Assembly (NCBI GenBank): GCA_028693335.1
Contig: JAQUVR010000012.1
Coordinates: 1-11,379 of the forward strand
Direction: 5' to 3'
DNA: 11,379 nt
Origin: Candidatus Iainarchaeum sp.
GTDB lineage: Archaea > Iainarchaeota > Iainarchaeia > Iainarchaeales > CSSED10-239
This document shows, piece after piece, positions 4,901-11,368 of the stretch. The position numbers and the translations under genes were made by a program. Every line of letters starts with the position of its first letter. The stretch's first letter is position 1. The notes beneath the pieces are model-generated. The model was not told the DNA's origin and made no database searches. It saw only the letters and a program-made list of their open reading frames with translations.

Positions 4901-5320
4901 TTATTTTTTAAAATATATTCCAAAATGATTAGATACTTGCTCTAAAGTTATAAAAGAAATTTTTGGAACAGAATTTTCTTTTGCCAAATCTTTTGCATAT
5001 TCTTCTGGAACATCAATATATGCCTTTAATCTTCTTAAAGCACTAGTTCCTCTTGCATTTCTAGGAAGCATTCCTCTTACTGCAAATTTAACTATCTTGT
5101 CTGGATATTTTGGATATTTTGCATTCTTTGTTGGATTTCCTTTCCCTTTTCTTTCTGTTCTTTGATCGAATCTAGAAAGTATGTTTTTTTCTCTTCCACT
5201 AATTACTGTAGATCTACAATTAACCACAATAATCTTTTCTGTGCCAGTTAATAGTTTATGAGAAATATCTGAACACATTCTTCCAAGTATTTGATTTTTT
5301 GCATTTATTATTAATACCAT
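4901..5320 (-). CDS. rpl13: 50S ribosomal protein L13 (uL13)
   Basis: 139 aa. LIINAKNQILGRMCSDISHKLLTG..IIVVNCRSTVISG ... VRGMLPRNARGTSALRRLKAYIDVP matches uL13. SD TTGGTGAATGAAAA lies before the ATG. Confidence 0.95.
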   Translation of the reverse strand: MVLIINAKNQILGRMCSDISHKLLTGTEKIIVVNCRSTVISGREKNILSRFDQRTERKGKGNPTKNAKYPKYPDKIVKFAVRGMLPRNARGTSALRRLKAYIDVPEEYAKDLAKENSVPKISFITLEQVSNHFGIYFKK

Positions 5321-5336
5321 TTTTCATTCACCAATA

Positions 5337-5696
5337 TCATTTAATAATTTTTGATTTTTTATAATCAATTTTATCTGTTAATAAATCCTTTAATTTCTTT
5401 ACTTTGCTATTAAGTTTTAAACTTGCATTTTTAGAAAAATCACCAGCATATATTGTTATTTTTTTATTTAATATTCCTGTTCCTAATAATTTTCCAGGAA
5501 TAATAACAATATCTCCATCAACAACAGAATTTAATTTTTCTAATTTAGATAAATTTATTTTAGGTTCTTTTCTTCTAGGAGATTCTAAATTTTGTGCAAT
5601 TGCAGAAAATATTTCTTTTTTATTTTCTTTTGCTGCTTTATAGAATTTATCTATTAATTCTAATTTTTGTATATTTTTTTCAGATTTTTTTTTCAT
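5337..5696 (-). CDS. rpl18e: 50S ribosomal protein L18e (eL18)
   Basis: 119 aa. SPRRKEPKINLSKLEKL...GDIVIIPGKLLGTGILNKKITIYAGDFSKNA matches the archaeal L18e pattern (RRxxxxVNLSKL...VVVPGKVLGxG.L.H.V.VAA..FS..A). It occupies the conserved position between rpoD/tRNA and rpl13. Confidence 0.9.
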   Translation of the reverse strand: MKKKSEKNIQKLELIDKFYKAAKENKKEIFSAIAQNLESPRRKEPKINLSKLEKLNSVVDGDIVIIPGKLLGTGILNKKITIYAGDFSKNASLKLNSKVKKLKDLLTDKIDYKKSKIIK

Positions 5697-5744
5697 ATGT
5701 TTTTTTCACAATTTTATTCTTTTTTTAAAATCTTAAACATTATT

Positions 5745-5826
5745 TGCTGAGGGCAGGATTCGAACCTGCGAAGCACTAAGCACTGGATCTTAAGTCCAGC
5801 CCCTTTGACCGCTCGGGAACCCCAGC
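5745..5826 (-). tRNA. tRNA-Leu (anticodon UAA), type II with long variable region, no encoded CCA
   Basis: The - strand reads GCTGGGGTTCCCGAGCGGTCAAAGGGGCTGGACTTAAGATCCAGTGCTTAGTGCTTCGCAGGTTCGAATCCTGCCCTCAGCA. Acceptor stem GCTGGGG/CCTCAGC (one G-U). D arm CCC...GGG with a GG loop. Anticodon stem CTGGA/TCCAG with loop CTTAAGA (anticodon TAA). T arm GCAGG-TTCGAAT-CCTGC. Discriminator A. Pairing in the variable arm is weak. It is the most GC-rich island in the window. Confidence 0.88.
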
Positions 5827-5835
5827 AAAAAAATA

Positions 5836-6573
5836 TTATTTAAATTTCTTTTTAAGTAACATAAAATATTCTTTACAATATCTATCTAATGTTTTTACAA
5901 TGCTATCAATCTTCATTTGTCCAATTAATTCAATACTTAATATATAATTATCTGTATCATTAAGTTTTAAACAGTTCTTAGGACAAGCATCAACACAAGC
6001 TTGACAATTTATACATTTTGTTATGTCTTCTACTTTTGGTTTTCCAGAAACTAATTTAATACATTTTACTGGGCAAGCATCAACACATTTTTGACAAGAA
6101 TCGCACCCTCTTAAGACTTCTAACTCTGCCAATTGTTGATAACCTACAATTGCTGGATTAAATTTTGCGTGATCTGCGCCTTTGCCTAAAACTGCATATG
6201 CAGTTAAACTTATTTTATCATCTTCTCTTAATTTTGTAAGAGGGATATTATCATAAACCATTTTAACTTCAGGATCATTTGAAATTAAATCTCCAGAATA
6301 AACGGTACATGGTCCTTTTTTTTCTAATGTAAATGTTACTTTTTTTCCAGTAGTCTCAACAGGTGTTGTTATTGGACACAAAGCCAATCTATTTGCAAGC
6401 ATTTCATCAAAAATAACAGAATCATTTTCAATAAAATCTATTTCGTCTATTGCATATATTGGTAAATTAAAGTTTATTGTTCTTCTAATTGCATTTAATG
6501 TTGTAGGATCTATATTTTCAACATAAAACCTATGTATTAAATTATCGTTATCTAAAAAACTTATTTTTACCAT
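5836..6573 (-). CDS. rpoD: DNA-directed RNA polymerase subunit D (Rpo3) with a ferredoxin-like insert carrying two complete CxxCxxCxxxCP motifs
   Basis: MVKISFLDNDNLIHRFYVENIDPTTLNAIRRTI... is the typical Rpo3 N-terminus (..ANALRR.. motif region). The dimerisation-domain context is S13-S4-S11-RpoD. CDSCQKCVDACP and CINCQACVDACP are present. The track ORF starts at 6624, but that overlaps rps11 by 41 nt. ATG 6573, preceded by AGTGAT, gives the canonical N-terminus. Confidence 0.93.
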   Translation of the reverse strand: MVKISFLDNDNLIHRFYVENIDPTTLNAIRRTINFNLPIYAIDEIDFIENDSVIFDEMLANRLALCPITTPVETTGKKVTFTLEKKGPCTVYSGDLISNDPEVKMVYDNIPLTKLREDDKISLTAYAVLGKGADHAKFNPAIVGYQQLAELEVLRGCDSCQKCVDACPVKCIKLVSGKPKVEDITKCINCQACVDACPKNCLKLNDTDNYILSIELIGQMKIDSIVKTLDRYCKEYFMLLKKKFK

Positions 6574-6583
6574 AATTAAATCA

Positions 6584-6970
6584 CTATTTCTTCTTTCTAA
6601 ACTTTTTTTGTTTTCTACAACCATCGTGTGGAACTGGTGTTGTGTTACTAATACTTAAAACATTTAATCCCGCTCTTGTTAATGTTTTAAGAGAAGATTC
6701 TGCACCTTGACCTGGATTATAATATAAATTTCCACCAGGTGCTCTTATTTTTACATGAATATTTCTTACTCCTCTGTCTCTTGCTTTTTCAGCAATAACT
6801 TGAGCAATTTTTGTTGCAATATAAGGAGATCCTTCCTTGTGTTGTGATTTTGTCATTTGACCACCAGAACATTTTGCAATTATTTCTGCGCCAGTTTCAT
6901 CTGTAAGAACAATTATTGTATTATTCCTTGATGCAAATATATTAACTATTCCTGTTTTACCACTACTCAC
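6584..6970 (-). CDS. rps11: 30S ribosomal protein S11 (uS11), GTG start
   Basis: 128 aa. GIVNIFASRNNTIIVLTDETGAE...SGG...SPYIATKIAQVIAEKARDRGVRNIHVKIRAPGG...PGQGAESSLKTLTRAGLNVLSISNTTPVPHDGCR matches uS11. The GTG start at 6970 is preceded by GGGTGAATAATT, which lies inside the rps4 3' end. Confidence 0.95.
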   Translation of the reverse strand: MSSGKTGIVNIFASRNNTIIVLTDETGAEIIAKCSGGQMTKSQHKEGSPYIATKIAQVIAEKARDRGVRNIHVKIRAPGGNLYYNPGQGAESSLKTLTRAGLNVLSISNTTPVPHDGCRKQKKFRKKK

Positions 6971-6972
6971 AA

Positions 6973-7527
6973 TTATTCACCCTTAACTTCTTCTTTTTTT
7001 TGTTCTTTTAATACTGGTTTTCCCTTAGATTCTAATGACTTATCAATAACAGCTTTAATTTTTGTGTCTGTGTATGATATACTATCTCCAACAAAAACAA
7101 TTGAACTTGGTGCTGTTCTTTTAACACCATTTACTGCAATATGCCCGTGTGTTATTAATTGTCTTGCTTGGGATACTGATAAACTTAATCCTTTTTTAAA
7201 AACTTGTGTTTGTAATCTTCTTTCCAAAACATCTGTTGCTTGTAATTTTAAAATATCTTCAACTGTGTGATCTTTTGTAAAGACACCCATTTTTACAAGT
7301 TTATTAATAATTTCTTTAGATCTTTTATTGTAATCATCAACACGACCAGCAAGTAATTGTCTTGCTTGTTTTCTTAAATTTCTTACTTGTGTTTCTGCTT
7401 TCCAAATTTCTTCTTTATTTCTAAGACCGTATTCTTTTATTAATTTTCTATCTGCAATAATTTTTTGTCTATCCCAAATTTTTCTTGGAACATCAAATTT
7501 TCTGCTTAATCTTTTAGGTTCACCCAT
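6973..7527 (-). CDS. rps4: 30S ribosomal protein S4 (uS4; S4p/S9e)
   Basis: 184 aa. MGEPKRLSRKFDVPRKIWDRQKIIADRKLIKEYGLRNKEEIWKAETQVRNLRKQARQLLA matches the archaeal uS4 N-terminus (MGDPKR..KKYETP.HPW...). An S4 RNA-binding domain follows (ARQLITHGHIAVNGVKRTAPS). SD AAGGTGAAAAATA lies before the ATG. Confidence 0.95.
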   Translation of the reverse strand: MGEPKRLSRKFDVPRKIWDRQKIIADRKLIKEYGLRNKEEIWKAETQVRNLRKQARQLLAGRVDDYNKRSKEIINKLVKMGVFTKDHTVEDILKLQATDVLERRLQTQVFKKGLSLSVSQARQLITHGHIAVNGVKRTAPSSIVFVGDSISYTDTKIKAVIDKSLESKGKPVLKEQKKEEVKGE

Positions 7528-7552
7528 TATTTTTCACCTTTTATTAAATATT

Positions 7553-8170
7553 TCACTTCTTCTTTACAACACCAACAACACCACTTCTTCTAAAAGTAGA
7601 TCTTGTTTTTTGTCCTCTTACTGGTAGACCCCATTGTAGTCTTAATCCTCTATAACTTTTTATTTTTCCTAATCTTTGTAAATCTTTTCTTTCTGATAAT
7701 TTCAAATCAGCCATAGTGTGATGAGCTTTTTCGCCTTCTCTTAACTTTGGTCTGTTTAATAACCATTCTGGAGCTAATTTATCAAAATTAGTTATTATTT
7801 CTTCTAATTTTTCAACATCTTTATCTGTTAAATGGCCAACCATATTAATATCTTTTTCTGTTTGTTTTTTAAATTCATTTTCAATAACTTTTGAAACTCT
7901 TTGACCAATTCCATATATTAATTGAGTACCTTGAGATATTGACATATAACCAGGAACATCTCTACTGGAAATTCTAACAATTTGTTTAAAATCTGCGCCT
8001 TCTTTAGATAGGTTTACATGAGCTGGTTTTGGCTTTACTTTTGATGATCTTAATCTATCTTGTATTTGTGGTGCATTATCTTTTACTTGTTTATTTCCTT
8101 GCTTATTTCCTTTTTTATTATCTTTTTTATTTTGTCTTTTATCATTACTTCTTTTTCCTTTATCTGCCAT
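7553..8170 (-). CDS. rps13: 30S ribosomal protein S13 (uS13) with a ~58-aa basic Lys/Asn/Gln-rich N-terminal extension
   Basis: The core starts near residue 59: DFKQIVRISSRDVPGYMSISQGTQLIYGIGQRVSKVI...HLTDKDVEKLEEII...KSYRGLRLQWGLPVRGQKTRSTFRRSG matches uS13. There is no in-frame ATG/GTG/TTG between residue 1 and the core. SD TTGTGAATATTT lies before ATG 8170. Confidence 0.93.
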   Translation of the reverse strand: MADKGKRSNDKRQNKKDNKKGNKQGNKQVKDNAPQIQDRLRSSKVKPKPAHVNLSKEGADFKQIVRISSRDVPGYMSISQGTQLIYGIGQRVSKVIENEFKKQTEKDINMVGHLTDKDVEKLEEIITNFDKLAPEWLLNRPKLREGEKAHHTMADLKLSERKDLQRLGKIKSYRGLRLQWGLPVRGQKTRSTFRRSGVVGVVKKK

Positions 8171-8190
8171 AAATATTCACAATTTTTATT

Positions 8191-8349
8191 TTATTCTAAT
8201 GGAAATACTTGAAGAATTCCTATTTTTTCATCTTTATTATTTAATTTATAATAAACAAATTTGGAATCTAATTTTTCAATAGTAACCTTCTTTCCAAAGT
8301 TCTTTCCTTTCATAATTGTACATTTTTTTCCTACTGTTAATATTCCCAT
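8191..8349 (-). CDS. rpl14e: Minimal 52-aa KOW/SH3-barrel protein, probable 50S ribosomal protein L14e (eL14); not in the supplied ORF track
   Basis: Hand translation of the - strand: MGILTVGKKCTIMKGKNFGKKVTIEKLDSKFVYYKLNNKDEKIGILQVFPLE*, with TAA at 8193-8191. It aligns with the archaeal L14e N-terminal pattern as I recall it (MPAIEVGRVCVK.AGREAGKKCVIVDI.D.NFVLV......R.N..HLEPT). SD-like TGTGATGATTT lies before the ATG. The position just after rpl34e matches the conserved archaeal neighbourhood (L34e-cmk-L14e). Confidence 0.72.
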   Translation of the reverse strand: MGILTVGKKCTIMKGKNFGKKVTIEKLDSKFVYYKLNNKDEKIGILQVFPLE

Positions 8350-8360
8350 AAATCATCACA

Positions 8361-8702
8361 TCATTCTATTTTCTTTAGAATCATTTTTACATATTTAATA
8401 TATCTAAAATCACAATCTGCTTCTGTTTTTAAATTATTTTTTAACATAACTGCATCTTTATAAGCTACATCTCTACATTTAGGACAAAGAATTGGTGCCA
8501 ATAAATTTTCTGGTCTTCTTTCTGTTTTACTTAATTTCTTTACCTCAAATGGTCTTTTCCCGTGTGGTACACCATGTATTAATGAAGTACAAACAGCACA
8601 TGTTTGTTTTTTTGTTTTCTTTTTTACAATTCTTCTAACGGTTTTTCCACCAGGAGTTTTTATTGTTTTGTGTTTTTTATATCTTTTATCTGGACTTGGC
8701 AT
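8361..8702 (-). CDS. rpl34e: 50S ribosomal protein L34e (eL34)
   Basis: 113 aa. The basic N-terminus YKKHKTIKTPGGKTVRRIVKKKTKKQTCAVC...HGVPHG......RPENLLAPILCPKC matches the eL34 pattern (R...V.TPGG..V.......CxxC...L.GV...........RPYGG.LCxxC). SD TGGTGAAAAAAT lies before the ATG. There is a ~25-aa extra C-terminal segment. Confidence 0.88.
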   Translation of the reverse strand: MPSPDKRYKKHKTIKTPGGKTVRRIVKKKTKKQTCAVCTSLIHGVPHGKRPFEVKKLSKTERRPENLLAPILCPKCRDVAYKDAVMLKNNLKTEADCDFRYIKYVKMILKKIE

Positions 8703-8734
8703 ATTTTTTCACCATATAAATATTTTTTATTTTT

Positions 8735-9169
8735 TTAAATGTATTTTTTTCCAAAAACTTTATCATATACAAGATTAATTATTATTGAAAGTATAAAGAT
8801 TATTGTAAAAAATGTCCAAAAACCTTTTAATTTAAATAATAAAAAATCAAATACAAATGTATTGTAATATTTGTTAATCAAATACAACACAGGCAAAGAA
8901 ACTACAAAAGATGGTAACAAAGTCTTTAATGTTAAACGCATTTGTTTACCAACTAATTCCATAGATTCTTTTTGTTTTTTTTGAACCTCTTCAAACTTAT
9001 GTTCTTTCATTAATTTTTTTTGTTCTTCGTTTAACTGTTTTGTTTTGTTTTTTATTGCAAAATATTCTTTAGGATCTACAAATACATGTTGTATTACTTT
9101 ATTAATTAATGCAAAAAATAAAGATATTACAAAAATATCCAAAAATGGACTAATTAATGGTATCTGCAT
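8735..9169 (-). CDS. DUF106-family membrane protein (archaeal YidC/Oxa1/EMC3-like insertase homolog, MJ0480 type)
   Basis: 144 aa. The architecture is a hydrophobic TM1 (PFLDIFVISLFFALINKVI), a long charged coiled-coil segment (KNKTKQLNEEQKKLMKEHKFEEVQKKQKESMELVGKQMR) and two more TM segments. The position immediately downstream of secY is typical for DUF106 genes in archaea. The call rests on topology and synteny more than on strict motifs. Confidence 0.75.
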   Translation of the reverse strand: MQIPLISPFLDIFVISLFFALINKVIQHVFVDPKEYFAIKNKTKQLNEEQKKLMKEHKFEEVQKKQKESMELVGKQMRLTLKTLLPSFVVSLPVLYLINKYYNTFVFDFLLFKLKGFWTFFTIIFILSIIINLVYDKVFGKKYI

Positions 9170-9176
9170 TCACTAA

Positions 9177-10505
9177 TCACTTTCCTGCTATTTGTTTTAA
9201 TAAATTACTTGATTCAAATAATTGTTCTTTTGCTAATTGCTCATAGAACCTATAAACAATACCAACAGTTAACAAAATACCTGTTCCTGTTCCAAGAGCA
9301 CTAGTAATGTCTGCAAAAAATGCAAGCAACCCTACAAATATTGATCCTATAATAACTATAGTTGGTATATATCTTTTTAACACACTTGTTAAAACCCTTT
9401 CATCTCTTCTAAATCCAGGAATAGACATTCCAGATTTTTGAAGTTGTCTTGCAACTGCATCTGGGCCTTGACCACCAATTTCTACCCACAAGATTCCAAA
9501 AATAACACAAATAAAAACAAAAACAATCATATATCCAATTGCGTGCCAAATCATGGACATTGTTGCGGTTCCAAGTATTACTTCCTGAATTAAACCGTGT
9601 GGTGTTGTTAAAAAATTACCTAATGGCAACATAACAGATTCTAAAAAAGAACCCTTTGCCAAAACTGAAAACATTGAAATATTTGCAAATAATGTCGCTG
9701 CCAAAATAACTGGCATGTTTGAAACATACATTAATTTTACTGGAAATTTTGCACCCATTCCACTTCTTCCAACAGTCAATGGAATATTTACATGCATTGA
9801 TTCTGCATACACAACTGCAAAGAAAACCAATAAAGTAAATAATATTGGCAATATTACTGCACTTAACAGATTAATGGTTGCACCAGTACTTAAATATTCA
9901 ATACCTAAAAATAATAAACCTCCTGGATATCCAGAAGCGCTAATTGGAAAACTAAATAGTCTCCATATAATTTCTTGACAAACATTTGCTGCAATAAATA
10001 GTCCAATTCCTGAACCAATTCCATATTTACTTACAACCTCATCAAGATAAATTAAAATTACTGAACCTAAAACTATCTGAAATACAACCCAAAAAAACAT
10101 TCCTGGCATTGTTTGCATCTTAATTGTAAAAATAACTGCTTCTACAACAGCTAAAATTATTGCAACCAATTTTTGAATACCTGAAAATTTTGCTCTATCT
10201 TTTGGATTTGAAAAGTCTAAATTAATTATTTTTACTCCGACCAACAATTGTAAAATAATTGATGCTAAAACAATTGGACCAATACCAAGTGTTATTAATG
10301 TACCAATATTACTTGCAAGAACAGTTTGATAAAAACCTAAGTTTAATGCGTTTTCTGGACTTAATCCTATTAGTGCTATTGTTCCCATTACAAAGAAAAC
10401 AACTAACGCTATTAATGTCCAAAGTAATTTTTGTCTTACATTTGGTACTTTAACAGGATCTTTTACTGTTGGTAAAGCCCTTAAAATTGCATCAAAGAAA
10501 CTCAT
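9177..10505 (-). CDS. secY: Preprotein translocase subunit SecY (Sec61-alpha homolog)
   Basis: 442 aa with about 10 hydrophobic segments. The N-terminus (LPTVKDPVKVPNVRQKLLWTLIALVVFFVMG), LASNIGTLITLGIGPIVLASIILQLL, GIGSGIGLFIAANV and MPVILAATLFANI resemble conserved SecY/Sec61 blocks. The ATG overlaps the rpl15 stop (ATGA, 10505-10502). The L30-L15-SecY order is universal. Confidence 0.95.
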   Translation of the reverse strand: MSFFDAILRALPTVKDPVKVPNVRQKLLWTLIALVVFFVMGTIALIGLSPENALNLGFYQTVLASNIGTLITLGIGPIVLASIILQLLVGVKIINLDFSNPKDRAKFSGIQKLVAIILAVVEAVIFTIKMQTMPGMFFWVVFQIVLGSVILIYLDEVVSKYGIGSGIGLFIAANVCQEIIWRLFSFPISASGYPGGLLFLGIEYLSTGATINLLSAVILPILFTLLVFFAVVYAESMHVNIPLTVGRSGMGAKFPVKLMYVSNMPVILAATLFANISMFSVLAKGSFLESVMLPLGNFLTTPHGLIQEVILGTATMSMIWHAIGYMIVFVFICVIFGILWVEIGGQGPDAVARQLQKSGMSIPGFRRDERVLTSVLKRYIPTIVIIGSIFVGLLAFFADITSALGTGTGILLTVGIVYRFYEQLAKEQLFESSNLLKQIAGK

Positions 10506-10873
10506 TCAATCTTGCCCCCGATAGCTTCTATTTTAGATTTTGCTGTTGGTGTAATATATGTTGCATTTTTTATTGTAATTGGTTTTAATAAATTACCTTT
10601 TCCAATAATTTTTTGAATATTTAGTTCTTTTAAATCTATTTCTGTTTTATTTTTTACAATTTCATTTAATCTTTCCAAAGTAACAACATTTGGTTTTTCT
10701 TTAGGATTTAGAGTAACTTTTATTCCAAAGGTCATATAATATTTAGTAAACTTATGCTTTGTTGAACCTGCTCTACCTTTACCACCAGTACAACCAGAAC
10801 CTCTTGCATTCTTTGTGTTTCCGTGACCGTGTGTTCTTTTTCCTCTTAACCTATCACATTTTGATTTTCCCAT
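10502..10873 (-). CDS. rpl15: 50S ribosomal protein L15 (uL15)
   Basis: 123 aa. RLRGKRTHGHGNTKNARGSGCTGGKGRAGSTKHKF is the glycine/basic uL15 N-terminal signature. SD CTGTGATAGAAT lies before the ATG. It is located between rpl30 and secY. Confidence 0.93.
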   Translation of the reverse strand: MGKSKCDRLRGKRTHGHGNTKNARGSGCTGGKGRAGSTKHKFTKYYMTFGIKVTLNPKEKPNVVTLERLNEIVKNKTEIDLKELNIQKIIGKGNLLKPITIKNATYITPTAKSKIEAIGGKIE

Positions 10874-10894
10874 ATTCTATCACAGTTTATAAAT

Positions 10895-11359
10895 TTAAAT
10901 CATTTTATTTAATAATTTATTAATTTCGGCGCCTCTATATCCTAGAACACCGCCCTCTTTAAAAGTTTTTTTAATACCTTTTCTATCATATCCTTTTCTT
11001 GGAGGTCTTAGTCTAAAAACTGGCTTAATGCCAAAATCTGATAATTTTGCTTTGCTTTCTAAAATATCATCAATCATTTTATCTACTTTTTTTTCATCTG
11101 TAAAATGATCTTTAAATTTTAATAGTTTTCCTTTTTCATTATAAACAAATCCTCTTTTTAATAACATTTTTTTTAAAGTTTCTTTGTCTATTTCTCCAAA
11201 GGTTGTCATGTTTCTTATTTTATGAACCATGCCTTTGATCTTTTTATCTTCTTTATAGATTACACAATGATTTGATCTTGTTAAATGTAATAATTTCATA
11301 GTGTCTTCTATCTTTTCATTGACCTTAACAGGCCCTCTTACTCTTATAATTGCAAACAT
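10895..11359 (-). CDS. rpl30: 50S ribosomal protein L30 (uL30; L30p/L7e)
   Basis: 154 aa. FAIIRVRGPVKVNEKIEDTMKLLHLTRSNHCVIY ... TFGEIDKETLKKMLLKRG ... RLRPPRKGY matches archaeal uL30. The expected upstream gene (rps5) is cut off by the contig end. Confidence 0.93.
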   Translation of the reverse strand: MFAIIRVRGPVKVNEKIEDTMKLLHLTRSNHCVIYKEDKKIKGMVHKIRNMTTFGEIDKETLKKMLLKRGFVYNEKGKLLKFKDHFTDEKKVDKMIDDILESKAKLSDFGIKPVFRLRPPRKGYDRKGIKKTFKEGGVLGYRGAEINKLLNKMI

Positions 11360-11368
11360 AGTTTTTCT

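Noticed and set aside
6574-6624. 5' extension of the rpoD ORF (MVVENKKSLERRNSDLI...) overlapping rps11 by 41 nt
   Set aside because: The extension has no counterpart in Rpo3 proteins. The internal ATG at 6573 gives the canonical N-terminus, is preceded by AGTGAT and removes the overlap. The extension is an open-frame artefact.
3736-10453. Six further + strand track ORFs (3736-4041, 4650-4862, 5404-5643, 7064-7270, 9715-9978, 10259-10453)
   Set aside because: Each lies wholly inside, and antisense to, a confidently identified conserved gene (rps2, rps9, rpl18e, rps4, secY, secY). They are hydrophobic or low-complexity, lack SD motifs and match no family I recognise. These are typical shadow ORFs of an AT-rich genome, where stop codons are depleted on the antisense strand of A-rich coding sequence.
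10502-10505. ATGA overlap of rpl15 and secY, considered as a possible frameshift or fusion site
   Set aside because: A 4-nt stop/start overlap is the standard arrangement for translational coupling. Both proteins are full length and colinear with their families.
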